Of a stretch of DNA of 64,000 bases, positions 40,901-51,225 are shown piece by piece; positions within the stretch are counted from its first letter, which is position 1; every line of letters starts with the position of its first letter. The DNA comes from Candidatus Heimdallarchaeota archaeon (GTDB lineage Archaea > Asgardarchaeota > Wukongarchaeia > Wukongarchaeales > JBHIFL01). The DNA lies in the NCBI GenBank assembly GCA_046761065.1, contig JBHIFL010000004.1:1-64000 (forward strand), in the 5' to 3' direction. The notes under the pieces are model-generated. The model was not told the DNA's origin and did no database searches. It saw only the letters and a list, made by a program, of their open reading frames with translations. A program made the position numbers and the translations under genes.

Positions 40901-43900
40901 TAGGCAATGTTGGTGTCATTTATGTAGAAGGTTCCATTATAGATCAATGAGTAGATATTAGAAGCACCTGAGGAAAGCGTAATGTTGATGGAAATGCGGC
41001 TGGTGTCCAAGCCACTGTAGCTATCACTAATATCAGCCCAAAAGCGCATGTGCCCGTTGACATCCGGCACTGCCTTAAATCCCACAGTAGTGATTACAGG
41101 GAATTGTAGATCTTCAGTAATCAAGCTATGTTGCACGTCCCACACATTTGCAAGGGTCGTATTCTTGTTACCACTTTCATCCCTCGCAAGAGCAATGGTA
41201 TAATTTATAGCGTACGGTGACAGTGTTGTATTCCAATCGAAGAACTTGTCCCACACCCAAAACGTACCATTGTTCCACATCACCTCTGTTTGTGGAACCG
41301 GGTTTACAGTGGAATTATACTTGAAGTCGACTCTTGACACATTATAATTGTCAGTCACATCCGCCCAGAAGCGTACCGTCCCATTTCCATAGTATTCATG
41401 ACTATAGGCGTTAATCACTGGAGGCACAGTGTCTTGCGGGTTGAAATACCCCGGATTATCCTGGTTATCTACAAAATTGCCTTTTCGATCTGTTGCATTG
41501 ATGTAATAGTACAACCATTCATTTGACGCTAAAGAAACATTGTGAACCCAATGGGTGTTATTCCACGTCATTGGCTGTGGTGTTCCATATGGAGGGTTCA
41601 CTATGAAATAAGTTACAGTTACCCCAGCAGGGCTATCTTCAATCCCACTCCCATTGACCGAATCGCTTGCGGTGCTCCAAATGGTGGCAGTGCCCCCAGA
41701 ATACGTCACACCAGAATCTCCCAGACTTGGAGCTACTTTGTCTAGCACAGGTTGATTAAATACGCTGTTCGAATCGGAAAGACCAGATAGGTCAGAAACA
41801 GTGACTGTATAATTAAAGAGATTTTGTGTTTTTATACCTTCATCATCACCATTGTTGATGCCTCCCACCCAATAAGGCAGTTTTACCTCAACGATAAAGT
41901 GTGTTCCATTAAAGGACATGGAGTAAATCCTCGGTCCAACGGGATCCGTTGCGGTGATATTGACGAAGCCGCTGGTAGGATCGATTCCGGGAAAAATATC
42001 CGTTGCATTGAACCAGAAGAGAAGAAGCCCATCCTCTGCTGGTAACGCCTTATAATTTTTGTCTTGAATGATTGGGGGAGCAATTATACCCTCCAAATGC
42101 AAAGCCCAATGAAATGCGCGATCAAAAAGTGCCCATCCCTCTGTAGTTAGAGCACTACCATTTGGAGCTGGCCAAAATACACGCCGTTCAGGTGCCGTGT
42201 AAAGAGGAATGTAAGTCTTATTTCCTTTCTCAAGTGCGATCAGTTGCCCCTGAGACGAATTATTAACAGCGCGTGCTAAAAGGTCGATTTCGCTTCCACT
42301 CGGCAGTGGGTCATAGTCTATCAGATAACTCATTGTTGCCGGTACGGAATAGATGCGGTTAATGCCGGATTGAAGGCTTGTAGTAATGTTATGTGTAGTA
42401 TTTACGATGTAGATCTCATCATCCTGTAATGTGCCATGGTTTGATCCTAAGTAGAGTTCATCGAACGTTCGTGATTCCCAACTGAGAATTGGAATCGGAG
42501 TCTCACGCAAACTGATAGTCCACGCATCCGAGGCCGTTATAGAAATCAAGACTCCATCATAACCTTCCAAATAAAATGGAGTGGTTGAAGTATCCTTGTT
42601 CTCCCGACCGTGATAATCCACCACATAGCCTAGGTCTTGCACGATATGGTTGTAAAAGGGGGCATTGCTGAACACCTCATCTGTATTGGTTTGTTCGATT
42701 CCAACTGTATAAAAGGAATCCGGATCGATCTGGTTATTAAATTCGGTATTAAGCCACGCTTCACTTCTTGCCACATATGACAACCGCACTTCCTGCAACA
42801 GCCCATCAAACCCGCGGTCTGCCTGCGGAACATTTCCAATAGTCGGTTGGATACTGTAGTCATACAAGTCTGTTCCGCTGATCGTTTGAGTTAAATCCAG
42901 GGTTCCATTGCGGTAAATGCGTAGATTGTTTGAACCTCCTGCTGACCAGGTTAACGCATAATGAGTCCAAGTGTAAAACGTCCAATCCGTCCCCCCACCC
43001 ACCGCTTTCCTCTCAGCATTTGTCCGAAGACCACTTTTCACGTCATTATCTTTCCCTAATTTCCATACCATATCCGCTCCCCCACTTTCCCAAGCTTTTG
43101 CAAAGATGAAATCGTCTCCGCTATCGTGGGGGTTCATCCACACTTGAACGGTTATGTTGATCCAATCCTGATCGTTAATGTGATCCAGCCTAATCAGATC
43201 ACCAGCCCAGTCATGAAAATTTTGGGCATACCCAAACAAGCCGCCCACTCGGGAGGGGGTTTGGAATGCGTCTCCATCTCCCTCTACGCCACCACCGGTT
43301 CCATGATGCCGATGCCCCGAACTATCCGTGAACTCGTCATCCTGTCCGCTCCCCATTTCTTGCAGATGGAGGACTGCTTCATACCCATTGCTCCAGACCC
43401 CGACCGGATTCGCTTGTGATTCTATATCGGGATTACCATATTTCATCGTAATGACGGTATCTGTCGTGTTTGAAAGGTCGCATTTGACCCAAGCGATCAA
43501 GAGCGCCTCGGAAGGGCTATAACTTTGATCGAATAGGACTAGCTCATGATCTAACTGGTTATCCGCAGAATCAAAGAACGCGATATCATCTCCATCACTC
43601 TGCACATCCGTTTTCAGATCGGTGTCATGCAGTCGAAGCAGGGTAGGAAAATCGGTCAGATCAGCAACGACTTGTGTATGATCAATTGTGATGTCTTTAG
43701 AGTATGTATATGCCACTTGGAAATCAGGGTCTGTGGAGTCGTAAGTGACAAGCATGAGATGCGTGGCTAGAGGGGATTTGAGCTCAACCGTTGGTTCCGG
43801 ATTGACAAAGTTGCGAACGATGACATCGTCAAACCAGCCCTCACCATAGAGCGCGAGTTGTCCGGCAGCATCAAGGGCATAGACTGAATCGTCCAGATCA

Positions 43901-44931
43901 GATAGTTCCATCCGCAGGGTCATGTTATCGTCATAAATTCTTCCGCGAACCCAGACGTCATCCGTATTGACGGTTTGAGCGGCGATTTCATAACAGTACC
44001 AATCACCAGCGGCATAGTTCATACCACTGGGAAATGCTGTCGTGCTGTTGAGTAGGTTTTCATTAGCATACTTTCTCCAGAGTTCGGTCTGATTCTCATT
44101 GTTGTTCATATTCAACCGATACGAAGATAATACTGATGGGTCGAATCGAATGACAACTCCCCGACGTCGGTCGCCCCCCTCCCACCTTATCCGCGCGCTT
44201 AGTGTCACATTTCCATAGGATCCCGTTTCTTTATAAAAATAGGCGTTGTTGGATCCTCGAAGGACATAGTTACCTGACCCGGTTGGGTATTCCTCGACCC
44301 ACCAGCTTCCCGATTTTGCGATCCATCCCGCAGAATCGCCATCATCAAAATCGTCAAAAAACACGAAGACATGCGCCGGATTATGGGGGGGATCGGACAC
44401 GCTAGGATTACCATAATAAATCCAGTAGTTTGCGTCGTAACTATTTGCAGCGATTGGGTTTTCCGTCTTGAACCAGATCAGGGTTTTATAGGTGTTGAAG
44501 GCTGTCGTGTTAACTCGGTTGAGTTCGACCCAAGATCCTGAGTCATTGTAAGCGATTCGTAGATCATCGCCATCCGCTTGTAGATCCCCTTGGTTAGTGA
44601 GATACCATGTATTAAGACTGAAACTCACCGAATAGCCCTGAGATAGTGCTTCATTCATGTTATTTGTAACATTAATCTGAATTCTTTTTTGATAATCGTA
44701 ACTCCCAAGACTATATAGAGCCTTACTGCCTTTATGAGAGGCCTCCGGGGTGTATGTGATCCGTTCGGTCTCCGGGGAACTATTAACTGGAGATACATCA
44801 TCGATCTGAGAAGGGTCGTCCACTGGGGATTGTTTTTCAGCGGGTGTGGTTACTAATAAGAAGAAAATAAAGGTTAAGAACAACAATCTACCTATTTTTA
44901 ATTCAAGCGGCTTGCCACCCATGTTCTTCAT
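37966..44931 (-). CDS. Giant single-pass surface protein: DUF2341-like and LamG/ConA-like domains, tandem Ig-like repeats, TM helix and cytoplasmic longin domain
   Basis: Signal peptide; two DGDD..(I)A...YYGNP/KYGNP modules; WTHYALTW..IYRNG..FDG.LQEVRLS LamG pattern; about ten D..PP-delimited beta repeats; TM helix near 38575-38640; tail with FFDQREGP and NPEARGG. Confidence 0.85.
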   Translation of the reverse strand: MKNMGGKPLELKIGRLLFLTFIFFLLVTTPAEKQSPVDDPSQIDDVSPVNSSPETERITYTPEASHKGSKALYSLGSYDYQKRIQINVTNNMNEALSQGYSVSFSLNTWYLTNQGDLQADGDDLRIAYNDSGSWVELNRVNTTAFNTYKTLIWFKTENPIAANSYDANYWIYYGNPSVSDPPHNPAHVFVFFDDFDDGDSAGWIAKSGSWWVEEYPTGSGNYVLRGSNNAYFYKETGSYGNVTLSARIRWEGGDRRRGVVIRFDPSVLSSYRLNMNNNENQTELWRKYANENLLNSTTAFPSGMNYAAGDWYCYEIAAQTVNTDDVWVRGRIYDDNMTLRMELSDLDDSVYALDAAGQLALYGEGWFDDVIVRNFVNPEPTVELKSPLATHLMLVTYDSTDPDFQVAYTYSKDITIDHTQVVADLTDFPTLLRLHDTDLKTDVQSDGDDIAFFDSADNQLDHELVLFDQSYSPSEALLIAWVKCDLSNTTDTVITMKYGNPDIESQANPVGVWSNGYEAVLHLQEMGSGQDDEFTDSSGHRHHGTGGGVEGDGDAFQTPSRVGGLFGYAQNFHDWAGDLIRLDHINDQDWINITVQVWMNPHDSGDDFIFAKAWESGGADMVWKLGKDNDVKSGLRTNAERKAVGGGTDWTFYTWTHYALTWSAGGSNNLRIYRNGTLDLTQTISGTDLYDYSIQPTIGNVPQADRGFDGLLQEVRLSYVARSEAWLNTEFNNQIDPDSFYTVGIEQTNTDEVFSNAPFYNHIVQDLGYVVDYHGRENKDTSTTPFYLEGYDGVLISITASDAWTISLRETPIPILSWESRTFDELYLGSNHGTLQDDEIYIVNTTHNITTSLQSGINRIYSVPATMSYLIDYDPLPSGSEIDLLARAVNNSSQGQLIALEKGNKTYIPLYTAPERRVFWPAPNGSALTTEGWALFDRAFHWALHLEGIIAPPIIQDKNYKALPAEDGLLLFWFNATDIFPGIDPTSGFVNITATDPVGPRIYSMSFNGTHFIVEVKLPYWVGGINNGDDEGIKTQNLFNYTVTVSDLSGLSDSNSVFNQPVLDKVAPSLGDSGVTYSGGTATIWSTASDSVNGSGIEDSPAGVTVTYFIVNPPYGTPQPMTWNNTHWVHNVSLASNEWLYYYINATDRKGNFVDNQDNPGYFNPQDTVPPVINAYSHEYYGNGTVRFWADVTDNYNVSRVDFKYNSTVNPVPQTEVMWNNGTFWVWDKFFDWNTTLSPYAINYTIALARDESGNKNTTLANVWDVQHSLITEDLQFPVITTVGFKAVPDVNGHMRFWADISDSYSGLDTSRISINITLSSGASNIYSLIYNGTFYINDTNIAYWETKPTTRMAVTYNVTAFDNAGLSASLLGGGPTTYVPDKAPPELDTGIQDFHNGTVTIWAKTNDGIGSGFPEANDSVLLTYRKNGIGPFYKQMVWNGTSDFYTYTLANLLAGDILAYQVKVEDIEYNSRISPSYMYGVGDETPPTIHASGYYFIKDVDGHICFWADVTEDIGSIKEVRVEGSPSQFSGIMTYNGTFYEYDLLVNSGTSFSYNITASNMAGLTNQTSPRTGTVLDQVAPPRQNFVTVAQWDNQDGTVTFRVQVTDGQRGSGINPDTVVFIYRVGGGAQQTRKMVSVGGSNYDYTVGGLFVGDVINYQVRAQDNAGNQGMGFWRMAGVSDHTAPVIDQIGYDYLPDSDGHIRFWCYADDPFGTIGKLMINITGDQQEEGAMLWVGAYYYYDTELPYENTFNFEITVRDTAGNKDTQFESGHTVQDIVPPRVMGAGGEEFQNGTAVLWANVTDGNLGSGFPEERNTVSIVFQKNYEVSQTIPMTWNGTYYIHEFTGLRVGDVIDFSIQAKDKANNSNVGIGIAYKFAVPDKTPPQINSFGYNLLPDEEGHVRFWVSAEDPFGSIENVSLSISISESSTLSKSASATSSLGTISQIERVMRFNGTHYIHDENLGYQTMFSYTITVADGANLQVEGGASEQIVGDGAPPRVLDAGIIDPGDGDLTIWAEVAEKGTGVDSLEFIYSVDEGTTWRQAPMQSINTTHYSAKVQVEPGSPILWTIATKDLGGNANTEAWDVWVKTPYITATKGIPLIYLFGIIAAAAVTTGIAIKKFRKVVGLDKERVMAIANQMSDDEVIARLDDHTYGVILSFFDQREGPVPSIITPSLLEDHMQFLVDLSDRSFSAGGFVEETTEEKVTIFDLRLGEARMMCVSYAFAIDNPEARGGKENMTINLLVDPVYSELTNIFSPEILPSVRQIRSLIETKVPRENISAQMDGLRSLVTRIIAAYQELYGEEAIVGEGGQVIVDVEGA

Positions 44932-45440
44932 TTCATTCCCCTCATCCAGATATGCGCATCTACTGATCTGATGAGAATTTCAAATTCAGGTGATATTTAT
45001 AGTAATGTAACGTCTTATGCGGTTACAGCATGAGATAACCTACCCTTATGCTTCAAGAGTGGGTATCACAGTGCCCTTTTAAAGTGAGACCCGAAGTGAT
45101 TTTAAAACATTTATATTTTAAAATTTAACAGCCTCTATTCGAGAGCAGTTGAGTGAAAGACTTTAATCCGTAGACTGAGGAATTCAAACCAGAAGAAACT
45201 AAGGATTCGTATAACTTCTAGTGGATTCGACCTCTCCTTTTGCGGATAGATCCCTCTGGAACAGAATTCGCATTTGTTTTACAATTATTCGATTATTTCG
45301 CCGAAGCATTAGGTCAATCATATCAAACTTCCGAAAAATAAAGAAGTAAAAAGGAAAGAATTACTTGCAACGCTTATTTGATTTCAGTTATATAGTATGT
45401 TCGGAGGGGGATATTTGGTCAATGTTTTGAGGATGGCACA

Positions 45441-46550
45441 ATGTCCCAAGCCCACTGGCTAGGAGAAAAAATACTTTTCTGTGGTCTGTCCGAGGCAGGT
45501 AAGACCGCTATTCGCAGCCTAGTGTTTTCAGGGAAACAAACCCAAGAAGTTGAAGGTTTATCGGCGACTATTAATTATGTTCGACAACTTGTACATTTAG
45601 ATTCACATAATTTAGATTCAGATAGAACGTTCACAATCCTCGACCTTGGAGGGCAGAAAATATTCTTGGAGCGGTTCATTAATCAATTCAGTACATTTGT
45701 TTTTAATCGAGTACGCGCCTTAATTTATGTAGTCGACAGCGCAGATAGTTCACGGTTGGATTCTGCAAAAGCATATTTAGACAGCGCCCTAGCACGCTTG
45801 AAACAGCACAGTCCCTCTGCAAAAACGGTTGTGCTACTCCACAAGACGGATCTTCTTCAGAATGTACATGATAAAAGAAAAATCATTAATCGTTTACGGA
45901 ATGTCTTTCAAAGGGGTATAGAATCGCCAATTATCTTCTTTGAGACGTCAATATATGACAACAGCTTAAAAGATGCGTTTGACGAGATCTTGAGGATATC
46001 CTTTCCCGAAATGGTTCCCATTCCACCTGTGGAGCGTGGAGGGTTGGTTTCTCCAGAGAGAGAATCGATTCCAATGGAACCCACAACGCCCATTAAAAGG
46101 CCAACGACGGATCCGAGTCTTCCAAGTGAAGCAAAAATTCGGTCAGAAATTGGGTTACCCACTGAAGAAACGTATGATACCTTCACCGCAGTAGAACAAT
46201 TAATTGAATATCTTGAAGCATTAGTGATTTCTCTGGAATTGTCATATGGTGCCCTTTTAGAAGCGAATGGAACCCCATTAGTCGAGATTGGGGACTCTCA
46301 TCGATACTTAGAGATTGTAAGGGAGAGTTATGAGGCATTTCAGTTGAAATCGATCAAAACTTCTGAATCAGTTGATCCTTGGGTTGTAGAAACAGGAGAC
46401 ATGCTTATCGTGGCTCAGCCAATCAAAGCTTCACGGACTTTGCTGCTAGTATGCGTTACTTCCATCAAAAATCAGTTGCTTGAGAAAATGCCTGAACTTA
46501 GGATAAAAATGACAGAGCTAGTACACAAAGCTCTTGGGGATCCAAGCTGA
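45441..46550 (+). CDS. Rag/Gtr-like GTPase with C-terminal roadblock domain (class II)
   Basis: KILFCGLSEAGKT, SATINY, DLGGQ, HKTD and ETSIYD motifs; Pro-rich linker and roadblock-like tail. Confidence 0.88.
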   Translation: MSQAHWLGEKILFCGLSEAGKTAIRSLVFSGKQTQEVEGLSATINYVRQLVHLDSHNLDSDRTFTILDLGGQKIFLERFINQFSTFVFNRVRALIYVVDSADSSRLDSAKAYLDSALARLKQHSPSAKTVVLLHKTDLLQNVHDKRKIINRLRNVFQRGIESPIIFFETSIYDNSLKDAFDEILRISFPEMVPIPPVERGGLVSPERESIPMEPTTPIKRPTTDPSLPSEAKIRSEIGLPTEETYDTFTAVEQLIEYLEALVISLELSYGALLEANGTPLVEIGDSHRYLEIVRESYEAFQLKSIKTSESVDPWVVETGDMLIVAQPIKASRTLLLVCVTSIKNQLLEKMPELRIKMTELVHKALGDPS

Positions 46551-46653
46551 AACGAAAGTGGATCGATTGCGTAGGATCTGCATCGTTGTGTAGACAGCAG
46601 GTGTAATGCGTTTATAACCCCATAGCAGCTAAGATTATCTGGGTGCTCATTTG

Positions 46654-47931
46654 TTATGCTAATTTAACCTCAAACCGACCGCTTTCTATATCACCGCTCA
46701 GGACGACTACACCCTCCTCCTCTAGTTCCCTAAGTACACCCCTGATCATGGCAGTACTCACCTGGAGTCGTGAGGCGATTGTAATCGCTGATGCGGTAAC
46801 CATTTCCTCAATTATTTTTCGGACCTTATCTTTTATTGTGCCAGCAGCAGGGGTGGGAGTTACAACAGAAGTGACAGGAGGGCTGGGAGCAGGTTCAGGT
46901 ATAGAAGTAGGTTGAGTTGCAGGCGGAACGTGTGCCATTTTTGAGATAACGTCCTCTAAAACTTTAAACCGCTTAATGATTTCGTTCATATCGATCGATG
47001 GAGTGGCCGGTGTTGCAGCCTTAAGAACCCCAAGGGATTCCTCGATCTCAGCTAGTTTTCCACTGAGAACCGCTATTTTATTTTCTATCTCCCCCTGTCC
47101 GGCTTCGAGCTGATCGAGTCGGGTTGTGTCGGCAGGTACAAGAGCTCCAAGTCCTTCCAACCGTTGGTGGAGCTCCTGATGACCCTTCCTCAAGCTTGTC
47201 AAGGTCTGATCGAAATCAGCTAATTTCTTCTCGATTTGATTCAACTGTGCAGTCTCAGTGACTGCGGGAGCGGTCGGTGTTGCGGTCTTGAGGGCTCCTA
47301 AGGTTTCTTCGATCTCCACGAGTTTTCCACGGAGAATGGTCAGTTTGTTTTCCATCGCTCCTTGCTCTGCTTCGAGCTGATCGAGTCGGGTTGTGTCGGC
47401 AGGTGTGGAAGGTCCAATTTCCTCTAGTTGTTGGTGAATCCCCTTCAGGCCCTCTCTCAAGTCTGCCAGGGTCTGATCAAAATCATCGTATTTCTGCTCT
47501 ACTTGACTCAATCGCTTGGTTCCCGACTCAAGCTTCCCATCAAGTTCCTTAAGTTTTTCTGGGGCGATTCCTTCGGGTCTTTGTTGGAGTTCCTGTAATT
47601 CCTTGCGTAGGGCTGTCAACATCTGATCGACTGCTTCAAACTTTTGCTCAATCTGGTTCAACCGGTCGATTTCTGAGTTGATCTTTGTATCCAGTCCCTT
47701 CAGCTTTTCCGGGTCAAATCCTTCTGGAACCAGTTGTTCTTTTCTTTTGGTTAAATCAACTGCCGCATTAACTGCCTCTGCTAATTTTTGCAATTGGTTA
47801 TTTTGTTTTTTGAGGTTTGCTTCTTGGTTCTTCACATCTTTTACAAGATCACCCACTTTTTTCTTTAGATCCATGACTACAACTTTTATGGCTTTTATCG
47901 ACCTATCAAGCTTCTTAGTATCCTCAGGCAA
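46654..47931 (-). CDS. Repetitive coiled-coil protein with C-terminal winged helix
   Basis: Internal repeats (PADTTRLDQLEA twice, PE..PEKLK.LD twice), a Pro/Thr linker, and IASRLQVSTAMIRGVLRELEEEG wHTH. Confidence 0.8.
   Translation of the reverse strand: MPEDTKKLDRSIKAIKVVVMDLKKKVGDLVKDVKNQEANLKKQNNQLQKLAEAVNAAVDLTKRKEQLVPEGFDPEKLKGLDTKINSEIDRLNQIEQKFEAVDQMLTALRKELQELQQRPEGIAPEKLKELDGKLESGTKRLSQVEQKYDDFDQTLADLREGLKGIHQQLEEIGPSTPADTTRLDQLEAEQGAMENKLTILRGKLVEIEETLGALKTATPTAPAVTETAQLNQIEKKLADFDQTLTSLRKGHQELHQRLEGLGALVPADTTRLDQLEAGQGEIENKIAVLSGKLAEIEESLGVLKAATPATPSIDMNEIIKRFKVLEDVISKMAHVPPATQPTSIPEPAPSPPVTSVVTPTPAAGTIKDKVRKIIEEMVTASAITIASRLQVSTAMIRGVLRELEEEGVVVLSGDIESGRFEVKLA
47102..47404. repeat. 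Intragenic direct repeat: identical 36-bp cores 267 bp apart
   Basis: GCTTCGAGCTGATCGAGTCGGGTTGTGTCGGCAGGT at 47102-47137 and 47369-47404. Confidence 0.9.
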
Positions 47932-48388
47932 TAATGATACCTCTCTTACAATAGACTAAAGGCCAGTCTTGTTCATGAGCTTGTTCATTTATACAAGATA
48001 GACAGTCTTATGTAAATCTATTCTTCAATAAAAGTTCTTCCTATCAGAACTAGAAAGCTAGGAGGGATTTTAGATCGTCTATTAAAATAAGTTAGAAATA
48101 TTTGTAATATTTGAAGCGTAATAAATGTTTTATCTTGGTTTTAAATTTCTGCTATAAAATTATTAATGGTTTTAATAGTTTCTAGCCTTACTAAAGTATT
48201 GCTAAGGGAGTTGTGAGTTATGACACGATCAAACTTGATGTTCTAGATAGATGATTAGCTTCACCATTATTCAGAAAAATAAAACTGTACACGCATACGG
48301 ATTGATAATAGGGATACCATTTTCTTCCTGCTCTAAAAAATTACGGTGTATTCTATTAAGATTAATTCACAAAATGTCTGGTTTTATT

Positions 48389-49000
48389 TCACTGGAATGA
48401 TCGTTCCTTCCAAGTTATCAACAATTTCAGCAATACTTCCTTATCGCCCGAACCTACCTGCCATATTCTGGCTTCCTTTGCAATCTCCGCGCACACCACA
48501 CCAGAAACGCCCTTGATATAGAGGACATCCCGTAGCGTATTCAATGCGTTGGTAATAACTGCAGGTTCATCGGTAGTTTTTATTAAGTGTTTGTAGTACT
48601 CAAAGAGTGTTGACACATTTCCTATCTTCGCCCATTGCCTGATTGAAGTTTCCATGGCTTTCATGGCCGTTAATTGGAAGACATTAGGGGCGGCTTCGAT
48701 AACAAGCCCATCCGAGTTTAATGCGACTATGGCTTCATAAACCTCCTCTGGGGTCAAGGATGCCGCGGTTTCAATAGCACTCGGGTCAGCTGCGCCTCCC
48801 AACCGCCCTAAGGCGACGATTACTTTTACTTCTACGGGTCCCTCTTCTAAGAGAAGGGTTTCCACTTCTTTAATACTCTGAATCATTTTGGTTGACAGGT
48901 TTTCATGTGATTTCGTCTCGATGAACACTTTAGTCAGCGAAATAGCAAGTTTCTCTAGAAAGTGCTGTAGGGATGTTTTATCCAAGCACGACACACTCAC
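48389..49000 (-). CDS. Winged-helix domain protein
   Basis: VKVIVALGRLGG...LTPEEVYEAIVALNSDGLV wHTH plus a helical C-terminal domain. Confidence 0.7.
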   Translation of the reverse strand: MSVSCLDKTSLQHFLEKLAISLTKVFIETKSHENLSTKMIQSIKEVETLLLEEGPVEVKVIVALGRLGGAADPSAIETAASLTPEEVYEAIVALNSDGLVIEAAPNVFQLTAMKAMETSIRQWAKIGNVSTLFEYYKHLIKTTDEPAVITNALNTLRDVLYIKGVSGVVCAEIAKEARIWQVGSGDKEVLLKLLITWKERSFQ

Positions 49001-49539
49001 TTCATCCTATGGTTGAAGAGGTCCAATGTATTTTTGAATTTTCTGATTCAAATATACCCAAATTTCTTTCCTACAAGACCATACTTTTCCGTTCTTTGGA
49101 CTAGTTCATGGAAACGTCCCCCACATAATAGGTTTGCGTTCTACGGTCATGGTGGATGCAACATTATCTTCTTTATACACCATTTATATACCAAACATAG
49201 CTTGAGGACTCAATTCTTTCACACATATAATTCTATTGAGTTCTTCTTCCACTGGTGAGTTCCCTAACTTCAGATCATCCATTGTTATCCGTGTTGTAAC
49301 CAATCAAACGGACAGTTTGCCTCCCCCAATATACAAAACTGCCCAATAACAGTTATTGTGGGATTATTATTCGAAAATGAATGTGATTTAATAGTTCAAC
49401 AAAAACTTCACAAAACTAAATGTTTTTGCAAAACGTGTATGTAGTATATAGTGAATTTAATCGTCAATTTAAATAGGCATAAATAATTCCTCCACACGGA
49501 ATTTATTGAGAGGGCACATAATATCGGTTTGGCGAACGT

Positions 49540-51102
49540 TTGATGTCTGAATATGTTCAATTACCTGAAAGAAGTTTGTTAGGGAAAAAGATAGTACTTT
49601 GTGGACTTAGTGAGGCAGGGAAGACATCAATCCGCGACGTGGTGTTTGGAGGAAAAGAAGCAACAGAGGTAGAGGGCTACGGGGCTACGCTAAATTACGT
49701 TAGACAATTCATTTCCTTAGAGGGAGAAGGAGGATACAAATTCACCTTAATGGACCTCGGAGGACAGCGTATTTTCTTAGACAGGTTCATTACGAAATTT
49801 TCGCCATTTGTCTTCCACAATGTTGTTGCACTCATCTATGTAGTGGATGTGGCGGATTCTGATCGGTTTAATTCAGCGAAACATTACTTTGATGCGGCTT
49901 TGGAACGATTACAGAAGTATAGCCCAAAATCACATGTTTTTGTTTTGATCCACAAGATGGATTTAGTTGAAAAGAATCCTGATTATAAAGAAAAAATAAC
50001 GGACCATTTACGAAGTCTTTTCGAAAAAGATATTGACCGAAAAATCATCTTTTTTGAAACGACTATCTATAATGAAACTATAAAAAACGCCCTCTACGAA
50101 ATCCTGAAGATCTCATTTCCCGAAATCCCGACTAAGACCACTCAGCCTCCAAGGGAAATACCTTCGGAAGTGGCTCAACAGAAAACGGTAAGTGAAGCGG
50201 CTTCTTTCTCGATTGAGACCCCACAGCCTATTGGCACAAAACCCCAGGTCGATATCGAAGCTGCTCCAAGTCCTGCTGTAGAAGTGAATCTTTCGGAGAT
50301 CGCGAGGGCTCTTGCCTTTATTGAACAGCCATTCAAAATACCGTACACAAGTGAACAAGAGGTTGGGGCAGCGATACCAGTTTCTTCGCAATCTGCCATA
50401 ACGGAAGAACTTCCTGACGAATATGAGAATATAGTAAAGGCCCTTCAATTTATCGAGACAGGAGTACCCTCTTTAGAAGATAACTTCATACCAAAAACAC
50501 AGTTGGAAGAATCCAAAAAGGTACCTGAGCTGCCCGTTGAAGAATTAAGAGAACCCAGTGAAGATATCACGTCTATTGAGATTGCCATCAATGATATCTT
50601 ATCTGAAGATGAAATTAAAGAATTGATACCCGATCTTGAGGAGCCCACTCCGTCTCAAGCAGCCCCAGAGAACATTATTTTTCCAAAAACGGCCTTTGAA
50701 TCACATTCGACTTTAGATGAAGAATTTGATGTATTTATTGCGGCAGAGGAAATTGTGAGATTCTTAGATGAAACAAGAATGTTATTTAACCTTTTTTATC
50801 TTGCGGTTAAACTAAGTGACGCAGAAAACCTCGTTCATGTTGGAGACTTTGAGAAATACGATGAACTAGCCTGTACCACGTTTGAAATCTTTCAGATGCA
50901 AACCGAATCAGATCCAACCGAGCTCACACGCTTCATAATGAGAGCAGAAAAGTCATTTATACTTATTGAACCGATTGGAGACGCCCTAAATATGCTTGTT
51001 ATAGGGCCATTAGTCTCTAAATCCATTTTTCTTTCAAAATTGCTCGAATTTAAGGAAAAAATGACCAGAATGCTTAATATAACATTTTATGACATGTTTT
51101 AA
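49540..51102 (+). CDS. Rag/Gtr-like GTPase (class II) with long acidic linker and roadblock domain
   Basis: KIVLCGLSEAGKT, GATLNY, DLGGQ, HKMD and ETTIY motifs; close paralogue of 45441-46550. Confidence 0.88.
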   Translation: MMSEYVQLPERSLLGKKIVLCGLSEAGKTSIRDVVFGGKEATEVEGYGATLNYVRQFISLEGEGGYKFTLMDLGGQRIFLDRFITKFSPFVFHNVVALIYVVDVADSDRFNSAKHYFDAALERLQKYSPKSHVFVLIHKMDLVEKNPDYKEKITDHLRSLFEKDIDRKIIFFETTIYNETIKNALYEILKISFPEIPTKTTQPPREIPSEVAQQKTVSEAASFSIETPQPIGTKPQVDIEAAPSPAVEVNLSEIARALAFIEQPFKIPYTSEQEVGAAIPVSSQSAITEELPDEYENIVKALQFIETGVPSLEDNFIPKTQLEESKKVPELPVEELREPSEDITSIEIAINDILSEDEIKELIPDLEEPTPSQAAPENIIFPKTAFESHSTLDEEFDVFIAAEEIVRFLDETRMLFNLFYLAVKLSDAENLVHVGDFEKYDELACTTFEIFQMQTESDPTELTRFIMRAEKSFILIEPIGDALNMLVIGPLVSKSIFLSKLLEFKEKMTRMLNITFYDMF

Positions 51103-51225
51103 AGAGAACATTCATTTATTGCATTAGAAAGTTTACCTGATAAGTAATAAATACTATTGAGAATTTGTTTATAGCGATGTAACTCTTGCCAAGGACTAAA
51201 TAGGTTAGCATGGAGTGCATCTAAG

